A stretch of DNA of 64,000 nucleotides from Eledone cirrhosa (Eukaryota): positions 398,908,001 to 398,972,000 of the forward strand of contig OZ024740.1 in the NCBI GenBank assembly GCA_964016885.1, in the 5' to 3' direction. The position numbers and the translations under genes are program-made. Under the pieces are notes generated by a model that had not been told where the DNA came from, ran no database searches, and saw nothing but the letters and a program-made list of their open reading frames with translations. Shown here in pieces: positions 11,123 to 23,365 of the stretch. Position 1 is the stretch's first letter. Each line of letters starts with the position of its first letter.

Positions 11123-12659
11123 AAGAAATATGTTTAAAGGACAAAAGTGCTTCTACTTGTAGCCTAATTACTCCAAAACATATTGGTTTCTTTTGGATGG
11201 GTACAAAAGCCCCACGTTTTCACTAAGGAGAAATGAGACATTGTGTGATATTAATGTGTCTCTCATAGGCATTAGCAGAAAAAGTGAAGTGAATTAACAT
11301 CACCTGAGAACTGAAATCACATCATGGTCTCAGTTGGCTAGGAGCTTACATATTTATATATGATACTCACTGCAACAAAAATATAAAACAAACAAATGCG
11401 CAGAAAATTCTAAGAGATCTATGTCTTTGAGTATATAACAATATTTTTTATTGCATAGGGATTATATCTTACTATGTATGACAAATATTTTCATGATGGC
11501 ATGCCAAATATTTTCACATCAGAAAGAGAGTCGGAAGAAACTGGAAGTGATCTGTGTTGGCAAAATTTTTACAATGTAATTTATGAGTTTGGATAAAGTT
11601 GTGATTTACATGTCAGTATTACAAATATTTATGAAAGACAAACATCACATCTATGACAAATATCAAATATATGATAAACATTTAAAATTTTACATATATC
11701 TCAAATATAAAAAAAAAAGAAAATATATATTTTTCAATCTTAAATTGTCTTTCATAAAGAACACAAAGATTTATCTATATTTTAATGTTTTTATTTTCAA
11801 GACAATTTGAAACATTGTTTACAATTTGCAAATGATATTCGTTTGCTGTTGCTAAGTATATGACGATGACGATGATGATGTTTCCTACTTTTCATTGGAA
11901 ACCTATCATGTGGTATTTTACTTAATAAAAAATTGAATATTGAGAAAAGAATATTGGAAGATAAAGTATTTTATTTTTTAAACATTATTATAATTATTAA
12001 AATAATTCAATTTATAAATTAAGAGAAAGAATAAAAACTCTGCAAAGGTGTAAATAAATTAATATATATAAAGCAAATTACAAATTATTGCAAAATAAAA
12101 TATTTGATTCATAAGGATGAAATGATGTGAGCTTTTGTCCATGTTTCTCTTTTTGCAGAAGAAATGTGTGTTTTGTAGAATTACTATCGCAATCGATGTT
12201 GGAGTTAGTAAAAGGATTGAAACAGATTTTCACTATTCCGAGCCTCCCTGTCAGGGCTGCCAAAACATTTTTCTCAATAGTACCAAAATATACAAAAATA
12301 TACCAAATCCAATTGCCCACTTCCATACACCTCCCATGTCCTAACATTCCACCTTTCATTCACGTCTTAACACTCCACCCTTCACCAGCTATGTGTTCCA
12401 CCTTACACCTACCTTTCCAATCCCCACCCTACATACACTCACCTGCCCCATCTCAGCCCCCTGCCCACACTGTAAAGTAGTCATTTTGGTGCCATGATAA
12501 AAAGCGCCTAGTCCACACTGTAAAGTGATTGCCTTAGTGCCATGATAAAAATCATCCAGTCCACAGAGTTTGTCAGGTCTCCATTGAATAAATCAAAGAG
12601 CTGGACTCTCCTAAGAAGCTATATAAAACAAGTTAACCGGTTTCATATTAGTCAGGAGA

Positions 12660-12935
12660 TATGCTTTCCTGGATCAGGGTTACTGTTGATGGGAAAGAGA
12701 TCAACAACCTGCAGTATGTTGACGACATAGTGCTCATAGCAAACTCACCAACAAATCTAATACTGCTGGATAAAGTTTACAGAATTTCAAGAGAATATAG
12801 TCTGGAGATCAACAACAAAAAAACAAACGTAATGGGAGCGACTTGACAGAAGGTAGAAATGAATATATGGTGCCAAGGAACGAGGCTGGAACAAGTGGAG
12901 AAGTTCAAATACCTTGGTTCAATACTTGAGCAGTT
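12660..12935 (+). mobile_element. RTE-type RT fragment
   Basis: VDGKEINNLQYVDDIVLIA, LEINNKKT and FKYLGS motifs. Confidence 0.75.
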
Positions 12936-12949
12936 GGGAAAAAAAGGCA

Positions 12950-14176
12950 AGATTAGCAACTAAATAAAATAAAATAAATACATTTTGGGGTTCTCAGTAA
13001 CATTTTTCAATTTTTTCAAAGAGATGTAAAAGGAAAATTGAAAAAGATTAATAAGAAACTCCTCGTATCTGTCATCCAGGTTTGAAACCCAGGGCAGAAT
13101 CTCCACCAACTCTAAGATTTCCCACTAGGCCACCAAGACAGGTACAAAAGTCTAGTGAATAATTATAAACCTACTTTCAAATTAAATTATATTGAATTAA
13201 TAAAATAAAATAAAATGAAATATATAAAATAATATAAATTAAATTAAATTGAATCATATTTCAAAAAGATGAAGTATAGTTCATGCCTTTAATGTTATTT
13301 CTCCGTTTTAGGGTCAACTTGTAAATCATCTAGGTCTTCCCAGATCCTAAAGGATGTATACGACCAAAAACTGCTTCTTTTCCCCTCTAACCTGGCATTG
13401 ACAAGGCTTTATCTGGCCATACCGTAGGAAATCCTATGGGACATATACGCCCTAAAGCCTTTACTTTAGCCCTCTAGCCAGGTATTCACAAAGGTTTAGC
13501 TAGCGGTAGGAGATACTATGGGAAGAATATGAGTTAAAACTCCTATCACCCTCTAATTTCATTGTGATCAGGGATTAGGTGATCCTATGGGAGTTATACA
13601 CCTTAAAACACCTTCTTTTACCCTCTAATCTGTCATTGATAAAAGTTGATCTGACGGTAGGATATCCTCTTTCTCGAATATGATCTTTTATAGTTTGACA
13701 TGTGTTTAGCTGGCCATATATTGTCTAAGCTTCTTTCACCTTCTATACTGCATTGACAAGGGTTTAGCTGATGGAATGAGATCTTATGGGACATATGCAC
13801 CTTAAAGCCATTACTTCCACCTTCTAACCAGGCATTTACCAGGGTTTAGCTGAGATCTCCTAGGTGAGATTAACAACTAAATAAAATAAAATAAAATAAA
13901 ATAAATACACTTTGGGGTTCACTGACATTTTTCAATTTTTTTTCAAAGAGATTTAAAAGGAGAATTGAAAACGATCAATAGGAAACTCTATATGTATCTG
14001 TCATCCAGGATTGAACCCCAGAGCAGGATCTCCAACAACTCTAAGATTTCTCACTAGGCCACCAAGACAGCTACAGAAATCTAGTGAAAATTAATAATTA
14101 TAAACCTACTTTCCAAATTAAATTAATTAAATTAATCTAAAATAACATAATTAGAATGAAATATATAAAATAATAT
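12950..14176. repeat. ~290-bp direct duplication (12950-13240 and 13868-14176) bracketing satellite monomers
   Basis: Both copies begin GATTARCAACTAAATAAAATAAAAT and share CTCTAAGATTTC.CACTAGGCCACCAAGACAG. Confidence 0.85.
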
Positions 14177-14760
14177 GATCCTATGGGAAGTATACACCTT
14201 AAAACACCTTCTTTTACCCTCTAATCTGTCATTAACAAGGAGATCTTGTGATAGGTATATAACCTGAAGACGTTATTTTCTCTAACATGGGTTTATCTGG
14301 CTATAGGAAATCCTATGTGAAATATACGGCCTAGAACTTCTTCTTTCAGAGTACTAACTAAGCAGTAACCAGGCCATTGGAGGTCCTATGTGAAGTATAC
14401 ACAATGTATTGACCAGGGTTTAGCTGGCTGTAGGAGATCCTATGGCATGAATATGACCTAAAGCCGTTATTTTTGCACTCTGACCTGAGTATAGCTGACG
14501 AAATGGGATCCTGTGGGAAGTATATGGCTTAAACTGCTTCTTTCACCTAAGGATAAAATCGCGCCATAAGCATAAATCTGCTTATTTTGTCTTCTAACCT
14601 GGCATTGACCAGGGTTTAGCTAGACATAGGAAATCCTATGTGATGAATATGCTTAAATCTGATTCTTTCATCCTCTATCCAAGCAATGACCAGTGTTTAG
14701 CTAGCCATATGATGTTGTATGGGAAGTATACGACCAGGAACCTCTCATTTACAAGGGTTT
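13335..14760. repeat. ~81-bp satellite, left blocks (13335-13870 and 14177-14760)
   Basis: Same monomer as 17240-20815. Confidence 0.85.
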
Positions 14761-14922
14761 ATAAGGGTATTTATATATTTTTTTAAAATTATAGTTTCAA
14801 GGGAAATTATATGCATTAAATCTAATGCTACATCAGAGCTCGAATTTTCGAATATTGGAAATCTCAATAACGATAACTCCGTCTTTAAAAAATTAGGTAA
14901 TTTTTTCACACACACAGACATA

Positions 14923-14965
<43 letters not shown>

Positions 14966-15003
14966 TAAAGAAGAAATTAAAAGATGGCTAAAAGAGTTCC
15001 GTA

Positions 15004-15073
15004 TATTTTATTATGTGCATTTCGAATACAAAATCATCCTGGGACAAAAATTGTGTTCTCATCAGATAAAATA
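15004..15073 (-). ncRNA. Type I hammerhead ribozyme (inverted copy)
   Basis: Reverse complement of 15203-15272 with an intact core. Stem III is TGCACA. Confidence 0.75.
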
Positions 15074-15202
15074 AGGTAACATGATATGAGGCATAATAGC
15101 ACTTCTTTACAGGAAAGTACTAAGTCTACATATATAGATATGATATGTAGACTTAGCACTTTCCTGTAAACAAGTGCTATTATGCCTCATATCATGTTAC
15201 CT

Positions 15203-15272
15203 TATTTTATCTGATGAGAACACAATTATTGTCTCAGGATGATTTTGTATTCGAAATGCGCATAATAAAATA
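15203..15272 (+). ncRNA. Type I hammerhead ribozyme
   Basis: TATTTTAT-CTGATGA-GAACACAA...TTGTATTC-GAAA-TGCGCA-TA-ATAAAATA: perfect 8-bp stem I, canonical core, palindromic stem III. Confidence 0.85.
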
Positions 15273-15397
15273 TACGGAACTCTTTTAACCATCTTTTAAT
15301 TTCTTCTTTATTATATATGCTCCAGTTCTACCAACTGTTGAGTGCTACTTATCTGATATATACATAGTTTTATTGTTCTACACTATTACCCTGCTTC

Positions 15398-15436
<39 letters not shown>

Positions 15437-15628
15437 CACAACATATATATATCCACATACAAAGGCAGACACATTTAAAATCAATGAAAAGTAATAAATT
15501 CAAGGGAGACAATTCAGTTTAATTTACATTTTTTTCATCTCCCTTTTGTTTGTGGTAACTGTTAAGCAAACGTGTTTAGAAATGAGGTATACACACACAC
15601 ACACACACACACACATACACCGATATAC

Positions 15629-15691
<63 letters not shown>

Positions 15692-15696
<5 letters not shown>

Positions 15697-16040
15697 GATA
15701 TTAATAAATGGAAACTATATTTATAAAACCATATTTATTTCATTATACATATTTCAGGGATACCAAATTAAATTATGGTATGCCTTCATCAGACAAAATA
15801 CAATATATAACAGTTTTACAAATAAGCTTTGACGTACCCTTTTAAAATGCGACCATTATTTTTGGAGGCCATCTGGATACTATGGTATCCTGAAATATGT
15901 ATAATGAAATAAATATGGTTTTATAAATATAGTTTCCATTTATTAATATCGTATATCTACTCCAAATACTTGTCCAGTGCTTTATATCAGTTATAAAAAT
16001 ATTTACTTGTTGTATCCCAACAATTTAAATAAAACTTTTG
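15692..16040 (+). mobile_element. Penelope-like fold-back element
   Basis: Arms 15692-15765 and 15883-15955, tail 15956-16040, (TA)n flanks. Same family as 39250-39465. Confidence 0.75.
15737..15799 (-). ncRNA. Type I hammerhead ribozyme
   Basis: Minus strand: ATTTTGT-CTGATGA-AGGCATACCA...TGGTATCCCT-GAAA-TATGTA-TA-ATGAAAT. Confidence 0.8.
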
Positions 16041-16215
16041 CATATATATATATATATATATATTGTTATGCTTTGGGAGGGTCATGTTGCCAATAAGAAA
16101 CACACGCCACAGTTGCTTTCACTCCAATTTATTAGAAATTAAATTTATAAATTTAAGAATTTATAAATTTCCGGTTGGTTGGTTGGTTCCACAACCGGAC
16201 GGTTGCTCATATATT

Positions 16216-16258
16216 GTCAAAGTTCTTTCGTCACACATTCTGTGACCTCTTCAGTGAC
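16216..16258 (-). ncRNA. Minimal type I hammerhead motif (inverted copy)
   Basis: Exact reverse complement of 16960-17002. Confidence 0.75.
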
Positions 16259-16959
16259 TGAGGATTCTTTTCTTTGTTTTTGTGCCTCTCCTTTGTTCTG
16301 TCCTACGCCATCTTGTTTTTGTGTGTGTTGTGTGCTTAGTTTGCGCATGTGTTACATCCGGGTGTCTGTGTGTGTTTATATTTGTTTATTTATTTGTTTA
16401 TTTACATGTTACTGGTTGGTTGTTTGTTCTATGTGCGTGTGTGTTTTCATTTTGTCCTTAATTGTAAGTTGTGATGTTGCTATTCCATTCATATTTTCTA
16501 TTTAATTTTGGTTGGAGTTCATTTATGTTTATTGCCTCTGTGATTTGTCTAAACATTGCGTCTTTTCTGTGTGTAGATTCTATTTTTATTTCTATTTTTA
16601 TTTCTATGTTCTGTAACTAGAAATAAAAATAAAGATAGAATCTACACACAGAAAAGACGCAATGTTTAGACAAATCACAGAGGCAATAAACATAAATGAA
16701 CTCCAACCAAAATTAAATAGAAAACATGAATGGAATAGCAACATCACAACTTACAATTAAGGACAAAATGAAAATACACACACACATAGAACAAACAACC
16801 AACCAGTAACATGTAAATAAACAAATACATAAACAAATATAAACACACACAGACACCTGGATGTAACACATGCTCAAACTAAGCACACAACACACACAAA
16901 AACAAGATGGCGTAGGACAGAACAAAGGAGAGGCACAAAAACAAAGAAAAGAATCCTCA

Positions 16960-17002
16960 GTCACTGAAGAGGTCACAGAATGTGTGACGAAAGAACTTTG
17001 AC
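16960..17002 (+). ncRNA. Minimal type I hammerhead motif
   Basis: GTCA-CTGAAGA-G-GTCACA-gaatg-TGTGAC-GAAA-GAAC-TT-TGAC. One extra nucleotide follows A9. Confidence 0.75.
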
Positions 17003-17239
17003 AATATATGAACAACCGTCCGGTTGTGGAACCAACCAACCAACCAACCGGAAATTTATAAATTCTTAAATTTATAAATTTATTTATAATAAATTGGAGT
17101 GAAAGCAACTGGTGCGTGTGTTTCTTATTGGCAACATGACCCTCCCAAAGTATAACAATATCGGTTTGAACACACGTTTTCAGATAAAGAATCTTGTTAA
17201 ACAAATTCAGAAACGAAATATATATATATATATATAAAG

Positions 17240-20200
17240 AGAGATCCTATTGGATGTATTCGATATAAAGCACTCTGACCTGGGTTTAGCTGGTCGTATG
17301 AGATCGCATGTGAAGTGTATGGTCGAAAACTGCTTCTTTCACACTCTATCCTCGCATTGACAATGGTTTAACTGACTGTAAGAGATCTTATGTGATGTAT
17401 ACAACGTATACGACCCTTTGCTTTCAACCTTTAGTCAGGCATTGACCATTATTTAGCTGACCATATGGGATCTCATGGGAAGTATAGGTCTAAAACCTCT
17501 TCTTTCACCCTCTAACCTGGTATTGACAAAGGTTTAGCTGGCTGTAGGAGATCCTATGAGAAGCATATGGTCTAAACTGATTCTATCGCCATCTAACCTT
17601 CTATTGATCAGGGATTAACTGATCCTATGGGAAGTATAAACTTCAAAACGTCTTCTTTTACCCTCTAATCTGTCATTGAGAAGGGTTGAGCTGACGGTAG
17701 GAGATCCTATGAAACGAATATGTCCTAAAGCCATTACTTTCGGACTCTGACATGGGTTTAGCTGACTATATGAAACCCTATAGGAAGTATACAGCCTAAA
17801 ACTGCTTCTTTCACCTTCTATCCTGGCATTGACAAGGGTTTAGCTGATGGAAGGAGATCCTACAAGAAGTATACGCCCTAAAGCCATTACTTTCACTCTC
17901 TAACCAGGTATTTACCATGGTTTGGATGGCCATATGAGATCCTATGCACTTAAATCTGATTCTTTTACCCTCTAACCTGGCATTGACAGGAGTTTAGCTG
18001 GCCGTAGGAGATCCTACAGTATTTATACACCTAAAACTGCTTCTTTCACCCTCTATCCAGTCATGGACAGGATTTAGTTGGTTGTATTTGATTCTACATG
18101 GCGTATACGTCATTATACTTTTTTTTTTGCCATCTAACCTTGCATTAACAAGGGTTTAGCTGGCCATAGGATATCCTATAGGATGTATATGGCCTAAACC
18201 TTCTTAAAATCACTGTCTAACCTCATATATATCAGAGATTAGTTGATCCTATGGGAAGTATACACCTTAAAACTCCTTCTTTTATCTTTTAATCTATCAT
18301 TGACAAGGGTTCAGCTGGCCGTAGGAGATCCTATTGGAAGTATAGGCCTTAAAAATGCTTCTATTAACCTCTAACCTGGCATTGACAACAATTTATCTGA
18401 CCGTAAAAGATCGATCTGGTGTATACGACCTAAAACCATTACATCTGCACTCCGACCTGGGTTTAGCTGGCCGTAGGTGACCCTATGTGAATTATACAGC
18501 CTAAAACTTCTTCTTTCACCATTGTAACAGCGTAGTGATGAGGTTTTAGTGGGCCATATTAGATGTTATGGGAATTATACACCTACAACTGCTTCTTTCA
18601 TCCTCTAACAAGGCATTTACCAGGGTTGAGCCGGCCATAAATCTTCTTCTTTCACCCTCTAGCCTGGCATTGAAAGGTATTTAGCTGGCCGTAGGTGATC
18701 CTACAGGACGTATACGACCTAGAGCCATTACTTTTGCTCTCTGACCTGGGTTTAACTGGCTGTAGGAGACCCTCTGTGAAGTATGCAGCCTAGAACTTCT
18801 TTCACCGTACTAACTGCGCAGTGACCAGGGTTTAGATGACCGTAGATCTTATGTGAAGTGTACACCTACAAATGCTTCTTTCGCCCTCTAACAATGCATT
18901 TACCAAGGTTTAGCTGGCCATATGAGATATTATGGGAAGGATACAGACTGAAATGGCTTCTTACACACATGAACCTTGCATTTACAAGGGTTTTGAAGTC
19001 CTATGGGAAGTATACACTTTAAAACTGTTTCTTCTAACCTCTAACCTGGCATTGATAACGATTTATCTGGCCGTAGGAGATCCGATGTGACATATGCCCT
19101 AAAGCCCTTACTTTCTAACTCTCACCATGGCTTAACTGACTGTAGAATATCCTGTGTGAAGTATACTGCCTAAAACAGATTCTTTCATCTACTACCAGGC
19201 ATTGACCAGGGTTTGGAGGGCCGTAGCAGATCCTATGGGACATATATGCCTTAAAGCCCTTACTTTCGCCCTCTAGCCTTGCATTGACAAAGGTTTAGCT
19301 GTCTATAAGAGATCCTATGTCATCAATATGATCTAAAGCCTTTATTTTCGCACTCTAACATGAGTATAGCTGGCCAAATGAGATCCTATGGGAAGTATAC
19401 GGTTAAAACTGCTTCTTTCACTTCTAACCTGGCGTTAACAAGGGTTTAACTGGCCATAGGTGATCCTACAGGACATAAACACCTAAAAGATCCTATAGGA
19501 AACTGCTTCTTTTAAAACTGCTTCTTTTACCCTCTAACCAGGCATTTACCAGGGTTTAACTAGCCAAATGCGATCCTAAAAGATATATATGTCCTCAAAC
19601 TTCTTTCACCCTCTAACCTGGCATTGACCAGTATTTATCTGGCCATATGAGATCTCATGGGAAGTATAGGCCTAAAATTGCGTCTTTCACACACTAAACT
19701 GACATTGACAAAGGTTTAGCAGGTCCAAGGAGATCCTATCAGAAGTATATGGTCTAAAACTGCCTTTATTGTTCTCTAGTATCATTTTGACCAAGGATTA
19801 AGTGATCTTATGGAAAGTATACACCTTAAAACGCCTTCTTTTGCCATCTAATCTGTCATTGACAAAGGTTGAGCTGACGTTAGGAGATTGTATGAAATGA
19901 ATATGTCCTAAAGCCATTACTTTCACACTCAGACATGGGTTTAGCTGGCCATATGAGATCCTATAGGAATTATACGGCCTAAAACTGCTTCTTTCACCTT
20001 CTATCCTGGCACTGACATGGGTTTAGCAGTTGTTAGGAGATCCTATGGGATGTATACTCCCTAAAGCCATTACTTTCGCCCTCTAGCCATACATTAGTCA
20101 GTGTGTCACTTGACATATGAGATCCTATGCGATGTATACTCTTAAATCTGCTTCTTTCACCTTCTGACTTGCCATTGATAGGGGTTTAGCTGGTCGTAGG

Positions 20201-20815
20201 AGATACTACAGGATGTATACACCTACAACTGCTTCTTTCACCCTCTATCCATCATGAACCAGGGTTTAGTTGGCTGTATGTGATCCTAAAGGAAGTATAC
20301 ACCCTCAAACTGCTTCTTTCGCTCTCTAACCTTACATTGACAAGTTAGGAGATCCTATGGGACGTATACAACCTAAAGCCATTACTTTTACACTCTGACA
20401 TGGGTTTAACTGGCTGTAGGAGATCCTATGTGAAATATACAGCTAAAACTGCTTCTTCCACCGTCCTAACCAAGCAGTGACCAGAGTTTAGCTGGCTATA
20501 TATTAGATGCTATGGGAGGTGTACGCCTACACCTGCTTCTTTCATCCTCTAACAAGGCATTTACCAGGGTTGAGCTGGCCATATGAGATCTTATGGAAAG
20601 TATATGCCCTAAAGTCATTACTTTCACCCTCTAGTCTTGCATTGACCAGGGTTTAGTTGGCCATAGTAGATCCTATGTAATGTATATGCTTAAATCTGCT
20701 TCCTTTGCCTCCTAACTGGCATTGACCAGGGTTTAGCTGGCTGTAAAAGATCTGACAGGTAGTTTACGCTTTAAAACTGCTTCTTTTACCCTCTAACCTG
20801 GCATTGCCAATGGTT
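17240..20815. repeat. ~81-bp satellite array (roughly 45 diverged monomers) with higher-order organisation
   Basis: Consensus approximately GAGATCCTATGGGAAGTATACACCTAAAACTGCTTCTTTCACCCTCTAACCTGGCATTGACCAGGGTTTAGCTGGCCGTAG, with ~70-bp variants. Confidence 0.95.
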
Positions 20816-22020
20816 CAGTGGTAATAAATGTGAATATATTGTCAGTGCAGCTTCCATTATGCAAATAATATAATTACATGTAGAGGTGAGATGGCTGAGT
20901 GGAAAGGCATTCATCAGTTCAAAAAATACTTCTCACATTTTGTGTTTCTGGGAAGAACATTTTATTATAAATTGCCTCGATTCATTGGATTATTGGAAAT
21001 AGATATCAGATCATCTTGGAATGTTCAATCTTAAGTTAGAATCCATCAATCATCTCAGTCTGGATTCTGACTATGGGCTACATATGGTGGCTGGTGTGTA
21101 TAACAGCTTATTTCATACTAAACTCATTATATATAGCTATTTATCAATATAGACATTTTTTTTCAATTATGAAGAATTACTGCCAATGATATATCAACCA
21201 AGTAATCAAATTGGAAGATCATTACATTCTAAAACCAATGCTGTATATTATACATTTGAAAAACACTACTGTAACTAATCAAAAGGTTTCCATGTCAAAA
21301 TTCTTTAAGCCTTCTGTGACCATATTTCTAATGAAATATACTGTATTTGAATTAATTATTGAAGAATTTGGAAGGATTAAGATGGTATTCATAAAATAAA
21401 TTCACAAAAAGTTCTTATATAATAATTATGCTTTAAAATTTAAATAGGAACCCATTTAAAATGGGTAGTTTAGTTTATAGAACCAGAGACAGCTTTGTGC
21501 CAAAAAGGTTAAATTATTGAACCTTTGGATTTGAAAGTAATACAGGTAAATCTATGTATAGTTATTTTAAAATAAAAAATAAAAGATATAAAGAATATTG
21601 CAAGATCTAAAAATAGAATGTCACCATTTAATGCATTGAACTTCCAATTATGTCTGTGGCCATATGTGATAACAGTCAGTTAAGATAACTAGACTGATAC
21701 ATACTATCATTGTAACTTTTCTCATCAGTTAACCTGCTAAAATGTGGGTCAGGCTAAATAAATGAAGCTATTTTATTAGTTTTATTATTATTTATTATAC
21801 ATATTATTACTTTATCATTATTAGTTTATCATTATGCATATTATTAGGTTATCATTATACATATAGCTTCATTTATTTTGCCAATGTAACTGGAGCGAGT
21901 TAATGTGTCATTTATAGGAAAAGTATCAAACTTTTGTCTTATTGTTGCACAATTAAACCTTGAACTAACAAACAAAGTCTGAACCAAACAGTTCAAATCA
22001 TTGTGTGTGGAGTGAAGACT

Positions 22021-22291
22021 ACATTAGTATGAACATGTGATGCACATGGATGATAATCACTGGGTGAAGAAGTGCCAGGAAACCCCAGTGGTAGGAAGCC
22101 ACAGTTGAGGTAGACCAAGAAAGATCTGGGTGGAGGTTGTGAGAGTTAACCTCAAATAGCTGAGACTCACAGAGGAGATGACAAAGGAACACAATGAGTG
22201 GAGAGATGTTGTGCTCAAAATGACCTGTCCAACACATGAAAGCGTAGAAAAACTGACATAAAAACAATGATTATGATGATGATGATAATGA
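22021..22291 (+). mobile_element. RTE LINE 3' fragment
   Basis: HVMHMDDNHWVKKCQE..GRPRKIW, followed by a (GAT)n tail. Confidence 0.8.
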
Positions 22292-22587
22292 TTGTGCGAG
22301 TATAATGTTTTTTTTTTTTTTCAGGTGGTTTATGGTTGTGGTTTGTTGCTGGTTGATTTGATTCTGTGTAGGTGCACTACTGACTGTGTAATGGATTGGT
22401 GATTGCTGCAGATGTTCAGAAACCACACGAAATCGCTTTTCCCGCTATTTAACGTATTAGTGTGCACTCTGCTTTCATTGGGTTGGTATCTTAATGATAC
22501 TGGCTTAATTAAGACATTGAGTGAGTGGGAAAACGATCGAAGAATTTTCGGTCCTAGCCGATGACTTCGTTTCAGTATTATTATTTG

Positions 22588-23078
22588 GCAGTGGTGGATT
22601 GGCAGTATCGGTAGAGGGTCGGACGCCATGCTTTGACGCATAGAGTTACGGCCCTTATCATTCTGAGTTCAAATCCCGCCGAGGTTAACTTTGCCTTTCA
22701 TCCTTACGGGGTCGATAAAATAAAGTACCAGTAATACACTGGGGTAATTGCTGGCCTCTTGCCAAAAGTAGAAACAATTATTATTTGGCAGTAGGGGGCC
22801 GGAAGCCATGCTTTGCAGCATAGAGTTACGCCCCTTTACGGTTGAGTTCAAATCCTGCTGAGGTTAACTTTGCCTTTCATCCTTGTGCCAAAAGTAGAAA
22901 CAATTATTATTATATATTGGCAGTATCGGTAGAGGGTCGGACATGCTGTCCAACATAGTTACGTCCCTTTACGATCTGAGTTCAAATCCCGCCGAGGTTA
23001 ACTTTGCCTTTCATCCATACGGGGTCGAGAATGTACTGGGTAATTGCTGGCCTTGTGCCAAAAGTAGAAACAATTATT
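22588..23078 (+). mobile_element. Three tandem Meta-like SINE copies
   Basis: Copies at ~22588-22775, 22787-22902 and 22918-23075. Each has GAGTTCAAATCC and ends AAAAGTAGAAACAATTATTAT. Confidence 0.9.
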
Positions 23079-23330
23079 ATATATATATTTAAGAGACCAT
23101 GGAAAAAAATGGCTTCTCTTGAAAACAAAATATTCCCCCTCTTCCCCGAGATTTATGAGTGTATTCTTTAAATATTCGTAATTAACGCGAGAAAAGCATG
23201 GTTATCAATTATCGAAGAGTATCGAATATATGAGACACAATACTTTTAGGTAAAAGTATGACTTCCAGTTATATAATTCTGGAACTTTCTTTCACTATCA
23301 ATTTATCACAGAACATCTTTGTTTTACTTT

Positions 23331-23365
<35 letters not shown>

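Larger units (their letters stand above)
14961..15400 (+). mobile_element. Penelope-like fold-back element with two inverted hammerheads
   Basis: Arms 14961-15133 and 15143-15315 (about 173 bp), tail 15316-15400, (TA)n on both sides. Confidence 0.8.
16061..17218 (+). mobile_element. Penelope-like (Naiad-like) inverted-pLTR element, ~545-bp hairpin
   Basis: Arms 16061-16606 and 16618-17160 contain the GIY-YIG end and the 3' UTR. Tail 17161-17218 encodes QIKNLVKQIQKR, the ORF N-terminus seen at 37209-37589. Confidence 0.85.

Noticed and set aside
16179-17204. Duplicated hydrophobic Cys-rich ORFs (16179-16505 + and 16713-17204 -) as membrane proteins
   Set aside because: They are the antisense of the A/C-rich PLE 3' UTR in the two hairpin arms.
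17240-20815. CRISPR-like array or tandem zinc-finger coding array
   Set aside because: The whole monomer repeats with no unique spacers, there are no cas genes and the context is eukaryotic. The consensus has stops in all frames and no C2H2 pattern.
17240-20815. Satellite monomer as a self-cleaving ribozyme
   Set aside because: The minus strand has GAAA but no conserved CUGANGA, and I could not fit a twister or HDV core by eye.
21756-21878. 16-bp inverted repeat around a low-complexity ATT tract
   Set aside because: Short and AT-rich with no TSD or second copy, so it cannot be assigned.
22325-22580. Possible exon after a strong T-tract/CAG acceptor
   Set aside because: No convincing open frame or donor site.
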